This document shows, in pieces, positions 24,531 to 37,028 of a DNA stretch of 64,000 bases. Numbering within the stretch: position 1 is the first letter of the stretch; every line of letters begins with the position of its first letter. The translations under genes were made by a program, and so were the position numbers. The DNA is from Sphyrna mokarran (lineage: Eukaryota), in assembly GCA_024679065.1 (NCBI GenBank), contig JAGIQG010000016.1, forward strand, positions 50,468,001-50,532,000. The letters are read 5' to 3'. The notes under the pieces are model-generated. The model searched no databases, was not told where the DNA came from, and saw only the letters and a list, made by a program, of their open reading frames with translations.

Positions 24531-25265
24531 TTGATATTATTGGACTGCCTTAGCGAATTAGAAGGATCTGAACAGCAGATTTCATTAAATGATTGCTGAG
24601 TTTATTGGATTGCCTACCAGGAAATTTCAGAAACATTTTGTAGAGTATGGCAGAGTCCTGCACGTGGCATTGACATTCTGCAGTTAATCATATAGCTTGC
24701 AGTCACATGACTGGACACAGTAACTAACTACTTCCCCACGATAGGTGTCTTTACATCACAAATAACATTTCTCAGGCTTACGTATATAAGGGTCTTGACA
24801 AGCATATCTTCTGGCTTGACAAGCTTCGGGACTAAATGGATAGCAGCTTCATTTGAATTTCCCAAAGACTATACTTTCTTGATCTGAAACTTAATAAGAG
24901 GCAGAACAGAACATGATGTTACCTTTCATGAAAAGAACACCTGTAGACTTTATATATATTGCACCAATATCTTCCTGATGTTAGAAAGCCAGATAGACCA
25001 GACTACACAGCAGAGACAAAGGGGAAATCTTCCACTCTGGAGTCTAAGTTCAATGAGTGTGGAGTGATTTCTGCTGGGGATGGCAAAATGGGGGTGAGAC
25101 AGCTGATCATGTGCAATCTTGCACTGGTCAGCTCATTTCATATGCATCATTGCGTGCGCTGAACACAGCACATCTTGTACGGGAGGGAGGGGGTAGGCAG
25201 GCAGGAAACTGCTGCCTCCACTGTTATTTCATGGGATCAAAGGTTTGAAAGCCATGTTTATCACT

Positions 25266-25533
25266 GAATCCTAAAAACGTGGGGGGTCCAATCAGTCCAT
25301 CGAGTCTGCACCAATACAATCCCACCTAGGACCTATCCCTGTAACCTCATATCTTTATCTTGTGAATCCCCCTGACACTAAGGGCCAATTTAGTGTGGCC
25401 AATCAACTTTATCTGCACATCTTTGGAGTATAGAAGGAAACCAGAGCACCTGGAGGTCATCCAAGGCCAGAATTAAACCAGTGTCCCTGGACTTGTGAGG
25501 TAATAATGCTAACCACTGTGCCACCACACCACC
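25266..25533 (-). mobile_element. HE1-type V-SINE
   Basis: Reverse complement starts ggtggtgtggtggcacagtggttagca and ends in a CR1-like tail. Confidence 0.85.
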
Positions 25534-25599
25534 TGTTAGGAGCACCTGGATAGCCAATCACTCTGCATGACAGGAGCTTCCGCTGTGCTCAATCCCCAG

Positions 25600-26260
25600 A
25601 GAAGACAACAAAGTGCAACCCCACAGTTCAATGAAGCTTCCTGAAACTCTCCTCCAGGCCATCCAGGAAAGGCCATTGGCGCTCTCTCCCCAGGCTGGCA
25701 ACAGTAGGCACTCGCTCCCATCTGGCCATGGATGGACATCACAGCAGACATTAACAACTATGGAGTCCACTAGAGAAAAACCAAGCAGTGTCAGCAGAGG
25801 GTGAATGATTTGTTGCGCTCTGTTAGGATACTTGGCATTGTCTACTCTTACTGCAAGCAGACATCATAAGGGCATTAGGCAGTGTAAGTGTGTGCGTGCA
25901 CAGGCATGCCAGATAGGAGTTTGGGTTGCAGAACTCACCAGCAGATGGGACATTGGCACTGATTGTGTGCCAGCCACTTCATGCTCTTAATCTTCTATGA
26001 AATTGCAGGGCATGCTGCCTCTTAATCACTTACTGGGAAGGACTTGTAAGCTGCCATAGACACACATGCTTCATGCAAACACTGGGATGACACTCAATCC
26101 TTCTGCCTTACTAAAGGATAAGAAAAACCCAGGATAAGCAGGAGCGGTTGAAGGCTGGAGGTGCAATTCTGGAGATTAGATTCCTTACTCCTTCTGAGGA
26201 ATTGATTGCTGAAATAGCTGAGGAAGAGCTGGACAGTTCCTGTGTTGAGAAGGACTTCAT
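25600..26260 (+). pseudogene. Harbinger Myb/SANT-like DNA-binding protein remnant (two exon-like blocks)
   Basis: LLQAIQER...WMDITADINNYGVH*RKTKQCQQRVNDLLRS (25640-25828) and KQERLKAGGAILEIRFLTPSEE (26135-26205), with stops and frameshifts. Confidence 0.7.
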
Positions 26261-26414
26261 CAAGAAGTTAGTGAAGGTGCCTCCAGTCTGACATTGTCAG
26301 CCATGCCCATAATTTGAGACATTGCTTTAATTAAGAAACCTGTACTCATTAAATCTCCCATTTCTCTATTCCAGGTAGCAGCAAGAAAAAGGGGGAGGCC
26401 ACAAGGAAGACCAC

Positions 26415-26600
26415 AGAAAGAAACCCTACAGTGTAGAAACAGGCCATCTGGCCTATCGAGTCTGCACCAACCATAATCCCACTCAGGCCCTACCTCCATA
26501 TCCCTACATATTAATCTGCTAATCCTTCTAACCTGCACGTCCCCGGATACTAAGGAGCAATATTAGCATGGCCAATCAACCTAATTCGCAATCTTTGGAC
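26415..26600 (-). mobile_element. HE1-type V-SINE, 3' part
   Basis: ggcctatcgagtctgcacca...gcatggccaatcaacctaa...tctttggac. Confidence 0.8.
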
Positions 26601-26977
26601 CAGCCACTGACCAGCTCTGAGGATGTTTCCTCTGAATCCTTAGAGGATGCACCACTTACCAACATCCTCCGCCAATACAAATATTCATCTTGGTGGATGC
26701 ATATTTCAGAGTAGGCTCAGAATCATAATCTGGTGAGCATATCACTAACGCTGCTGATACATGGAGGACCGCTGGAGACCAAGCCTCTGCTCTGCCTAAT
26801 ATAGATGACAAGCCTCTGTATTCAGCCATTAGAGACTTGATGGCAATGCAGGGACAGGCAAGGGAACACCAGGCAGAGAGACAAGAAACCTTGAACTGAC
26901 TTGAGGAGGAGTCCGTCCATATCCTGTCTGCTATCATGACCAGGCATGGGAGTGCTTGGCTGCCTCCATAGAAAGGA

Positions 26978-27505
26978 TGATTTGGTTTGACTTGATTGTC
27001 ACATATATTGGAATACACTGAAAAGTATTATTTCTTGTGTGCTATACAGACAAAACATACTGTACATAGAGTACATAGGGGAGAAGGAAAGGGGATGGTG
27101 CAGAATGTAGTGTTACAGCCAATAGCTAGAGTGCAGAGAAATATAAGATAAGTCTATTCAAAAGATTGATGGCAGCAGAAGAGAAACTGTTCTTGAGTCA
27201 GTTGGTTTGTGATCTCAGACTTTTGTATCCTTTTCCTGACAGAAAAAGGTGAAAGAGAGTATGTCCAGGGTGCTTGATAATGCTGGCTGTTTTTCCGAGG
27301 CACCGAGGGAACTGTAAATGGTGTCAATGAATGGGAGAATGGTTTGCGTGACGGATTGGCTTCGTTCATGACCCTTTGTAGTTTCTTGCAGTTTTGATCA
27401 GAGCAGGAGCCACACCAAGCTGTGGAAAGCATATTCTCTATGGTGCATCTGTAATGAACATGCTGAATCTCTTTAGCCTCCTGAGAAAGCAGAAGTGTTG
27501 GTGTG
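26978..27505 (-). mobile_element. Rex1/Babar-type LINE 3' end
   Basis: YRCTIENMLSTAWCGSCSDQNCKKLQRVMN remnant with tail tgtgacaatcaagtcaaaccaaatc. Homologous to 32270-32760. Confidence 0.8.
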
Positions 27506-28312
27506 CTCTCTGGTGGCAGCCACCCTTGGAGACCCAACTCCAGCAGAATGCACAGTGGCGGCCAGATATGTACTTTCAGACCTGTAGTCTGTCGTTCTCG
27601 CCATGAATGCAGTGCAGCAGTGACAAGGACTGCTGACAAGGAAGAGACAAGGACAAGGCACCTCGATCTCCCTTCATGTGCCCCTTCTCAAGGAGTCAGA
27701 GAAGTTGCATTGGGTACCCACAAGGAGAAGCATGGCCAACAAGTCACCACAGGGACTTCATCCAAAAATACTCCAACAGCGTCCTGTTGCCCAACCTCCC
27801 CGCTAACAGTGACTCCATTATCCATCACTTCTAGCAGGCCAGGGCCCACTTGGGCCCATAGGATACCAGAAAACGCCAGCCAAAGTCATCACAGTCAACA
27901 GGATATAGCAGTCAGTAAGCTGCCTCCAAATCAGCTGAGGATGTCAGGGATGCACCTAAATGTAGTAATAGGAAAGAAAGATAAAGAAACATTAAAGGCA
28001 CAAAGAGTCACACATATAAACACTGTAAATATCAATCAAAATTGTAAATATATGTATAATTGTACCATGTTTATTCTTGTAGCAGTGTCATTATGCTGCT
28101 TATTGTTGATATGATCATGTGTGATTATGGCCATTGCACCTCATTGCCAAGCAACCATGGATGATGTGGGCCTATGTGATCACCATACATTGTCTCATCA
28201 TCTGTTGTGCAGGACTCCTGAACTGTGTAGGAGGCATCCTTAATCTTGAATTGAGGCCTGGGTATTGGTGAGGCCTGAGGATACTTTGACAGCAGCCTCT
28301 GCTGCCTCTTGC

Positions 28313-28364
28313 TGCTCCAGCTATTGCTGCTCCTGGTGCTCCAGCTATTGCTGCTCCTAGTGCT
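28313..28364. repeat. 24-bp tandem duplication
   Basis: tgctccagctattgctgctcctgg followed by tgctccagctattgctgctcctag. Confidence 0.9.
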
Positions 28365-29149
28365 GGTCCAGCCTGAGCCAGTTTCTCCTCAGTTAACCAG
28401 GGACAACAAAATGCCAGGTTTGGCCTCAGCCATCATCAAAGGATCCCTGAGGTGTTCTGTCAACACACTGCAGTGACTCATGTAGTCATCCCATTGTCTG
28501 AAACTTGCCCTCTGTCCCTGATCAATTCAGCAAATTGGAAAGCCTGTATCTAGCATTGTTCTACCCTTGCATCACCACCCCACCACCCACGCCCCATTCA
28601 ACCTCAACCCCTCACCCCCATACACACCCACCTAGCATGGTGATGGCTCTACTCAAAGGATACTTATCAGTGCTCTTCTCATTAAAACATCCCTGTGCAT
28701 GGACACAAGCTGCCTGGATCAGGATCAGGAAAGCCAAGTACTCACACTGTCCCTCAGGCACTACTGAGCCACCTTCCAAAACCCTTGAGACACTTCCAAT
28801 AGACCCTGTCCTTTCCAATCCATTATTTGCCATTATTTACCCACATACTTGAGGTTCCAGTCTGGCACATTGGGTCATCCCCCACCTGAATCCCATTGAA
28901 CTCTACTTCCCACTTCCATAGCTGTTTCTGCCTTGGAATAATGCTGGAATAAGAGCTATGAGTTACGGAAGAATGCTGTTGTCTCAGATGTTTGACTATT
29001 GAGCTGAGATCACACCTGAGCACGGTTTTCCATCTAACTGACTAATGATTATTAAGCACTCCATTAGTTGGTCTATTAAGTATGCCAGTAACTTCACCCA
29101 TCGCTGAAAACCTCCTCCTACTTTGAGTCCTGATACTTACTGTGGAACC

Positions 29150-29770
29150 GCATTGCGATACTGTGAGTTAAACAGTACTGTGCGTTTCCCATAGATGAAG
29201 GTTCAGCATCTTCTACTCTCCTGCTGTCACCCATCAAATTCCCCCTATTTTCCTTCACTAACATGCCATTATTCTTAATCTCCCCCCATTTATCTGGCAT
29301 CTCTTCCCTGTTTCCTTTTACCCTATTTTCCTTTATATCTTTATCTTTGCTCTCCCCCGAGCCCTTAACCTTCCAAATTTAGGTGCCCATTCTGATCGTG
29401 ACCCGTCCATCCTTGAGGTCATTGTTAACCTGACTTTTTACAATCTCCCCCAAGAAAGCTCACAATATCTGACCATGACCTTGCCACTGCCACCCTCCTA
29501 GATTTAACACCCTGGCTGTCACCCCGACTATACTCTTTGCCTCCAGTACTCCACTCTGAACCCTCGGGATCATCCATGGCTCCATCATTTAAATGTTTTC
29601 CTCTGCCACTATCACCACCATCCAGACAGCCACTTCCCCAACCAAAAGTATGATCAATGTTTGCTTGAGTGGATCTCCTAGTCATAGATATTCTGTACTA
29701 TTTCTCACTGGAGAATCTGTACTCTCCTTCCCCAAACAGCCTGCTCTAACCCTTCCATCTTTGCCTGGCC
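29150..29770 (+). mobile_element. L2-type LINE 5'/endonuclease-region remnant
   Basis: Pyrimidine-rich decayed ORF-like sequence typical of the L2 sense strand. Family call is tentative. Confidence 0.4.
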
Positions 29771-30509
29771 ACTGCTCCACCCTTCCCCATTAGGCCTCCC
29801 TCCTCTGGTCATCCTCCACTGGCACCACCACTTAGGTCTGAAACCTAGGCTGGCACTTACAGATGCTCCCCAAAGAGGATCATGCACTGCAACTGTTAAT
29901 CATGGAAGAAACCAATCGGGAAATGATTTCTAGCCTCATGCAAAATTAAGTTCCCCATCCACAAAACATCTCACTTCTGGTGAGGGTGGAAGATTCTGCC
30001 CTAGGTTGCTGCTGTCTGAAGCCAAGTCCTCTTCAGTCTGAGTATCCAGGGATCCTTACTAAGCACATCTCATGACAGCCACAGCACTCTTCCAATGCAC
30101 ACATTAGAGCCATGTGGGAAACACCTTAGGCAAGCACCATAATAATTAAGAGAGGAAATATTCGCATTAGTGGTTTTCATCAGGAAGATAATTCACAAGT
30201 AGGGTATTGCCATAAGCCAATACGTTCAATTTTTTAAATAAAATTGTACAGGCTATGTTTTTGCCATAGCTGGTGACCTTGCAATGTTAGTTCACATGAA
30301 TATCAATGTTAATTGGTGGGTGAATGCAGTTGATTTGAGGTTTAGAGGACTGGAGAGATGATAGACAATTGTTAATGCAGGGAGGATGGATTTGCTGAAT
30401 TCTAATACTCTTAAATGAATTGCTTCTAAAAAGCTCTCGCAATTCCTAGACATTCTTAAAGTCATCAATGCCCTATTCCTTGTCACACTGAAGGTCATGA
30501 TAGTGGATC

Positions 30510-30925
30510 AAAGCTGTGCGGCACACACAAATCACGACCTCCCAGAAGGGATACTGCAGACTGTCACTAGACTTGTCAGGCATTGGAACTGGCTTTGACT
30601 AATCGATTCATTCTGCAGCGGAACATGGATTCATTCCTAACAGGAGCCATGGGTTCAGGGTGATGGTGACAGCAGGTGTCCACACAGTTAGATTCTCAGT
30701 TCTTGCACAGGGGCAAGACATTGAGGGATTGAAAATTCATACAGTATATATGGTCATGGTAGCATTCTTGATGATCAATCACCAGTTACACATTAATTGA
30801 CAATGAAGCCCTTACAATTCATGAAGATGGTTAGTTTGTACGAAGAAGTGTGTAAAATCACATGGGTCCAGTTGATGACGCCTGGGCATAGATAAATGCT
30901 GTAATCTGTGCAAAGCCTTGAGCAC
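30510..30925 (-). pseudogene. HARBI1-type Harbinger DDE transposase core remnant
   Basis: With frameshifts it reads GFAQITAF / GVINWTHV / FMNCKGF / SINV*LVIDHQ / YHD / ILYEFSIPQ, collinear with the GxIDCTHV...NRKGFHSINVQLVCD...HD motifs. Confidence 0.75.
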
Positions 30926-31164
30926 TATCCAGTGACTATTGAGGAGTCAACTCGTGAATATGATTGCTCTGGAAAATGAAGCGTCAGTCACTTGCTTTTG
31001 TAAAGATGGCTTGCAGACTAACTGATCTTGCCAATATTTCCTCTGACAATCTGAGAGAACCAGAACACTGCATTTGCCTGACAAAGTCACAGAGTGTCGA
31101 AAGCTCGCAAATTTACTATTAAGTAAATCGGTTGGATTTAAAATTGGTGTTGCTAAATTCTTAC

Positions 31165-31475
31165 TGAATCTGAGAGAAGCCAGAGGCAAAGAAGTCCAGG
31201 ATCGTAGTGACCTTGACTGCAGCAGACAACACTGCACTAGTTGTGGCAGTTGATTGCAGCTAATATTGCAGGAGGTGACCAATTTTGTTGCAGGCTCCTT
31301 CAAGAAATGCAGCTTCCCCTACGCACTGTTTTTCAGAGAACTACTGACGTGCTGTTGTGGATCTGTAAACTCTACTGAGAGGGTAAAAATTCCCGACAGC
31401 ACACCTTCGTCTATTTTCTCTCTCCAGCTAGGGCTCCGTTCTCTATCTTCCTGTTCTTCTTCCCAAAGTGAATTC
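31165..31475 (-). other. candidate myt1 leader exon (311 nt)
   Basis: Acceptor ttttattactttcttcatgggtgtcctcctag|G, GAAGAAGAA enhancer-like run, donor TTCA|gtaaga. A non-repetitive island between TE relics. Confidence 0.4.
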
Positions 31476-32269
31476 CTAGGAGGACACCCATGAAGAAAGT
31501 AATAAAATGTGCAAGACTCCTTTTCAGTTCAGAATACCCAGCAGAAGCTACAAGCACTTTTCAATTGTTTTAGAAAAGAAAAACATCAATTATTTCAAGG
31601 AAGAAAAATCTCAGAATTCTACACCAAAATTTCCTGAGAGCAGTCACCAGCCGCATAAATATAACTGGAAAAGACTGGTGTGCGTTAAATGGTAGTAAAA
31701 CAGCAAGAGGCAAAAATGGCAGCAAGGTCTAAAGCACACACTTGAGCCATTTCAGTTTAAGTTATGGTTGCCAGCATACATGTTTGAAAAAAAAATCAGA
31801 ATGGTTGTCAATTCAGTAAGTCAGTGGTCCTAAGTGCTTAATCTTTGTTCTAAAAGCTAGTACAACAGTCACGAGACAAGAACCCTCATCATTTTGTTTT
31901 ACTCAGACATCTGACAACACAGTTGCTCTGACTTCCTGTTACTGACACCATTTATTTTAGCAGAGTAATTTTTAAAAAATTGAATCTCACACTGGGCCAG
32001 TCTTAACAGTCTCATGTTGGGTTTGCAATGGTAAACAGACACCGCATATGGTCTTTCAAGGCACTTTCCAATTCTTTCATTTTAGGCAGCACTTGTTGAA
32101 CCTCTTACGTTTTCCCAACAAAACAGCCACATTTAAAACCGCACAAAATGTCACCTTTGTAAGAATTTTCAGCAGAAGACAATTATGGAAAAGTGGAAAT
32201 CTTCATTAAAATCACATTTGAAATTTGGGTCGACTGTTTGCTTCTCTACCAAACGATCAACAACTTTAT

Positions 32270-32760
32270 CCTATGTTTTTCCTTATGCCTCTCAACAACT
32301 TTTACAGATGCTACCTTAGAAAGCATCTTTTCTGGTTGTATCACAGCTTGTATGGCTCCTGCTTTGCCCAAGACCACAAGAAACTAAAAAAAGTCGTGAA
32401 TGTAGCCCAATCCATCCAGCCTCCCATCCATTGAATCTGTCTACACTTCCTTCTGCCTTGTCAAAGCATCCAGCATAATTAAGAATCCTGGTCATTTTCT
32501 CTTCCACCTTCATCCGTCAGGAAAAAGATACAAAAGTCTGAGATCATGTTCCAACCGACTCAAGAACAGCTTCTTCAGTGATGCCTTCAGGCTTTTGAAT
32601 GAACCTACCTTGCATTAAGTTGACCTTTCTGTACATCCTAGCTATGACTTTAGCACTACATTCTGTATCTTCTCATTTCCTTTTCTATCTGTTGTCTGTA
32701 TAATGCACAAGAAACAATACTTTTCACTGTATGCTAATACATGTGACAATAATAAATCAA
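32270..32760 (+). mobile_element. Rex1/Babar-type LINE 3' end
   Basis: LNNFYRC/LESIFSGCITA/YGSCFAQDHKKLKKVVNVAQSI...PSGKRYKSLRS..NRLKNSFF, with tail catgtgacaataataaatcaa. Confidence 0.85.
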
Positions 32761-32830
32761 TTTGTACAATGTGACTCAAAGCCTTTGGACCTTCTTCTCC
32801 TGTCACAATGGACTTTGGAATACGGATGAT

Positions 32831-34336
32831 CAAGATAAATAGCAGTGTTGTAGCTATTCTGGAACAATTTGACCAGGGACACGTTGCGGAGCACATCTTC
32901 AACCAGAATATGTCACGGCCATAGCTTTTGCAATATCCAGTTCCTTTAGTTATTTCTTGATATCATATAGTGTGAATTGAATTGGCTGAAGACTGGTACG
33001 TGTGATGCTCGGGACCTCCGAAGAGGCTGAGAATGATCATCAGTTCGGCACTTCTAGCTGCTTGTTGCAAATGTTCAAGCCATATCTTCTGCACTGATGC
33101 GCTAAGTTCCCAGCTTTCTGGAGCTCGGATAAAGGTAAACATACAATCTCATGTGGACTTACGACATTAATGCAAGCAACATTGCTTATCCCTAAACTCA
33201 GATATACCATAACTAAACCTTTGATCCCACTAAATAACTTGTGGACCAGCTACCCAATCTGGTGTTGCAAGGAGATGGGCACAGCCTCAACTTATGCTGC
33301 CAACCATCATGCTGGTTTGGCATCACAATCCTGACCCCAAGTTATTTTTAGACAGGCCTGATTGGGGTTGCATTGGCTGCTGGCTAGCTAGTGGCAGGTA
33401 CCTAATTAGAGGGAAACTAATTATGGACCTATCAAGGCCCTATTACTGCACTGACTGGGACTGGGGTAGAAATGTGCAGTAGAAACACCAGCCCTGACCA
33501 CAGCCAGAAAGCTGGGGGTTTCACGCCTTGGAAAGGTTGTTTTCCTACAACCATGGCCAGGCAGCTGTAGCCATTTTAAATTGAAGAACATAACTAAGGT
33601 GGAGATTCTGCAGATATCAGGGGCTTTTCAGTCAGGATTTGTGTTGGGACCAGTTTCAGGGTCTTAACCTGCAGAGAGTGTTCCAAGCATGGATGGTTAA
33701 AGAGTTTGATGAATTAATGGAAGGGAACAGGCTCTCCTGGGTCTGCCAGCCTGGCAGGGCAATAAGAAGCCATCCAGCACTGGCCAAGATGGGAGCTGAA
33801 TGTTGTGACAAGGAGAGAAATGGAGTCTTAACATGGATGTGCCTTCTGAAGAAAAGGTCTTCAGCACAAGTTGGCAGCACAAAGTTGAGGCTGTGCCCAC
33901 CTCCAATTGCAACACCAGCTTGGGTAGTTGGTCCACAAGTTTTTAGTGGGATCAGAGGCTCAGTTATGGTATATCTGAGTTTAGGGATAAGCAATGTTGC
34001 TTGTGTTAATGTCGTAAGTCCATATGAGATTTTATTATACCTTTATCCCAAATCCACAAAGCTGGGAGCTTAGTATATCAGTGCAAAAGATATGGCTGAA
34101 ACATTTGCAACAAGCAGCTAGAAGTGCTGATGATCATTCTCAGCCTCTTCGGAGGTCCAGAGACATACCAGTCTTCAGCCAATTCAATTCACACTACACA
34201 CTATCAAGAAACAACTGAAGGAACTGGATATTGCAAAGGCTATAGGCCTTGACATATTCTGGTTGAAGACTTGTGCTCCAGAACATGCCCCTGGTTAAAC
34301 TGTTCCAGAATAGTTACAACACTGGCATCTACCTGG
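32831..34336. repeat. long inverted duplication (arms 32831-33304 and 33870-34336)
   Basis: For example gcaacattgcttatccctaaactcagatataccataact near 33175 is the exact reverse complement of agttatggtatatctgagtttagggataagcaatgttgc near 33962. Confidence 0.92.
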
Positions 34337-34914
34337 CAGTGTGGAAAATTGACTGTGTGTTTCCTGTACACAAAAAGCAGGACTATTCAACCAGGCCAAT
34401 TACCACCCCATTGGTCTATTCTCGATCATCAGCAAACTGATATAAGAATTGATAGAACAGACAGCAACAGTGCTATCAAGAAGCACTTGCTTAGCAATAA
34501 CTTGCTCACTGACTCTCACTTTGAGTTTCACCAGAGCCACTCAGCTTCTGACTGCGTTAAAACCTTGTTTCAAACATGGACAAAAGAGCTGAAAGCCGGT
34601 GCTGAGGTGAGAGTGATTGCCTTTGAGATCAAAACACCATTTGACGAAATATGGCATCAAGGAGTACGGCATCTAACAAAACTGGAGTTAATGGGAAACA
34701 GGGAGAAAACTCTCCACTGGCTGGAGTCATACTTAGCCCAAAGAGAGACGGCTGTGATTGTTGGAGGTCCAACTTCTAAGTTCCAGGAATCACTGCAGGA
34801 CTTCATCAGGGTAATGTCTTTGGCCCAACCACATTCAGCTGCTTCATCAATGACCTTTCTTCCATCATAAGGTTAAAAGTGGGATGTTCACTGATAATTG
34901 CGCTATGCTCAGCA

Positions 34915-35790
34915 TGTGACACTACTGTGCCTTTAAGAATTTTTAAAAATCATGTTCTCTGCATTTATAAGCAGTTTCATTTCTTTTTATTGTGGCACTG
35001 GCCACCTGCTTAGATATCCTTTTATTGCTGCTTAAATGGTTTAAATTGGGTTTTGTTTATTTTTAACCTGAATCTAATGCACTCTCTGGGACTTTAGGAC
35101 CCTTTTTGAAGACTGATTGACAGGTCAGGTGGGATAGTTTCTGTTTTCCTTTCACAAGAGTTCTTAATTTCAGGTTTGGTTGCTTGCCAATTAGAAGGTA
35201 TGCGGAAGCCATATCGATAATCATCTTGCGGAGTGTCTCCCTGGTATCGAAAATTCTGCTGGCTAATTTGGAAGTAGTCTTTTTTACTTTATCGGAGTGA
35301 AAATTTTGTTTGTGGTGGCTTGCCAGCTAGAGGCAAAAGTGGCACTATCTTTACCTCGAGGTGGGCTGGTAGCTACAGCAATTGGAAGTCAAGAGTTTTA
35401 ATTCTCTATCCACAGGACTAACTCTTAGCAAGTGTTGCACTGCTAAAAAATCCAGCATCATGTGAATATTCTTATTTTATGGACTAAGCCTGGGACAGGT
35501 TTATGTTTATAGGAGGTTTGCTGTGCTGGTACAGTGCATTTAGCTGTTAGGGTTTATACAATATCGTGTTTCTTTTTCTTGTTTGTAATTGTTAAAAGTG
35601 ATTGCTAACTTTCCTTCTGTGTATTAACTGTATTTTTAAATAAATTTTGAATAAAGCTCCTTAGTGGGTTATTTGAATCACATCTGCAGTGAAGCATCTT
35701 AAGCTTATCCACACCACATTCAAAATGCAAAATTTATGGTCAAGGCTGATTTCATAAAATACTTTGGAGTTCCTGACCTGGATTATAACA
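34915..35790 (+). mobile_element. probable solo LTR
   Basis: Starts TGTGAC, ends ATAACA, has AATAAA near 35640-35655, and splits otherwise continuous LINE RT sequence. No clean TSD is visible. Confidence 0.65.
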
Positions 35791-36134
35791 AATGTCATTT
35801 GCAAACATTCAGACACTAAAGCAATCCACGTAGTAAGACCTGGACAATATCCAGGTTTGGTTGACAATTGCCAAGTAACATTTGTGCCACACAAGTACCA
35901 GGCAATGACCACTTCAATAAGAGAGTATCTAACCACTACTCTTGAAAGTCAATGGCATTATCATGGCTGAATCCCCCATTATCAATGTCCTAGAGGTTAC
36001 CATTGACCAGAAACTGAACTGGACTGGCAATCTAAATACAGTGACTACACAGGCAGGTCAAATGCTTGGAAAATATATCGAAGTAACCCACTAGATTGGC
36101 ATCCCATTAGCAAACACTCAATCCCTCCAACATT

Positions 36135-36375
36135 GTTTAGTTTATTAGTTCATTCATTAGTGTCAGAAGGCTTACATTAACACCGCAGTGAAGTTACTGT
36201 GAAAATCCCCTAATTGCCACACTCTGGCGCCTTTTCGGGTACACTAAGGGAGAATTCAACATGGCCAATGCACCTAACCAGCACCTCTTTCAACTGTGGG
36301 AGGAGACCGGAGCACCTGGAGGAAACCCACACAGGCATGGGGAGAACGTGCAAAATCTTCAATGCTATGAGGCAG
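36135..36375 (-). mobile_element. V-SINE with alternative tail (tail B)
   Basis: ggcttacattaacaccgcagtgaagttactgtgaaaatcccc...ggagcacctggaggaaacccac. Confidence 0.85.
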
Positions 36376-37028
36376 TAATGCCATCATGCAACACACACAT
36401 TGACACACAATGGCAGCAATATGCACCATCTACAAGATGCACTACTGAAACTCACTAAGAATTCTTAGACAGCACCTTCTAAACTCATGACCTTTACCAT
36501 CTAGAAGGTCAAGGGCAACAGATGCGTGGGATCAGAAGCACCTGGAAGTTGCCCTCCAAGCCACTCACCATTCTGACTTAGAAATATATCCTGTTCCTTT
36601 ACTGTCACTGGGTCAAAATCCTAGAACTCCTTCCCTACCAGCACTGTGGGTGTACTTACACCACATCAACTGCAGCACTTCAAAAAGGCAGCTCACCACC
36701 ATCTTCTCTCATGCAACTAGGGATGGGCAATAAATGCTGCCCTAACCAATGGCACCCACATCCCTTGAATGAGTGAAAAAGAAGCAGTTTGGGAAGTTGA
36801 GTTGCTGGAATGAATTTTTGACAATAACCTCAATAAATGGTTCATTTGATCATTTTGTCTCCATTCATTTTAATTCCCCACGTGCCAAGTTTCTAAGTTT
36901 TCTGCTAAACACCAGGGACAGAATTTTACAGATGGTTGGGTTTCCCACCCCATCACCCAAAGAATCAGCAGAGAACTCAGCCCCACTGATGTCAGCTTCC
37001 CCATAGCCATTTAGGATTATTGATTGGT

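Larger units (their letters stand above)
25060..30002. mobile_element. large decayed PIF/Harbinger transposon region with nested insertions
   Basis: Contains Myb/SANT-like ORF remnants (+), a Q/E-rich antisense segment near 28300, and a right TIR-like end GGAAGATTCTGCCC|TAG near 29988-30004. The left boundary is uncertain. Confidence 0.6.
34075..36780 (+). mobile_element. 5'-truncated CR1/Jockey-group LINE with decayed RT, interrupted by a solo LTR and a SINE
   Basis: SAIKKHLLSNNLLTD...VRVIAFEIKTPFDEIWHQG...LHWLESYL (ORF 34271-34870). It resumes at about 35795 and ends gggatgggcaataaatgctg...gaatgagtgaaaaa. Confidence 0.9.

Noticed and set aside
27503-28114. Longest ORF in the track (203 aa)
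   Set aside because: Lies in decayed Harbinger sequence next to a Rex insertion, is low in complexity and has no recognisable domain.
34271-34870. 199-aa RT-like ORF as an active or domesticated reverse transcriptase
   Set aside because: Frameshifted, 5'-truncated, the catalytic motif is decayed and the element is split by an LTR.
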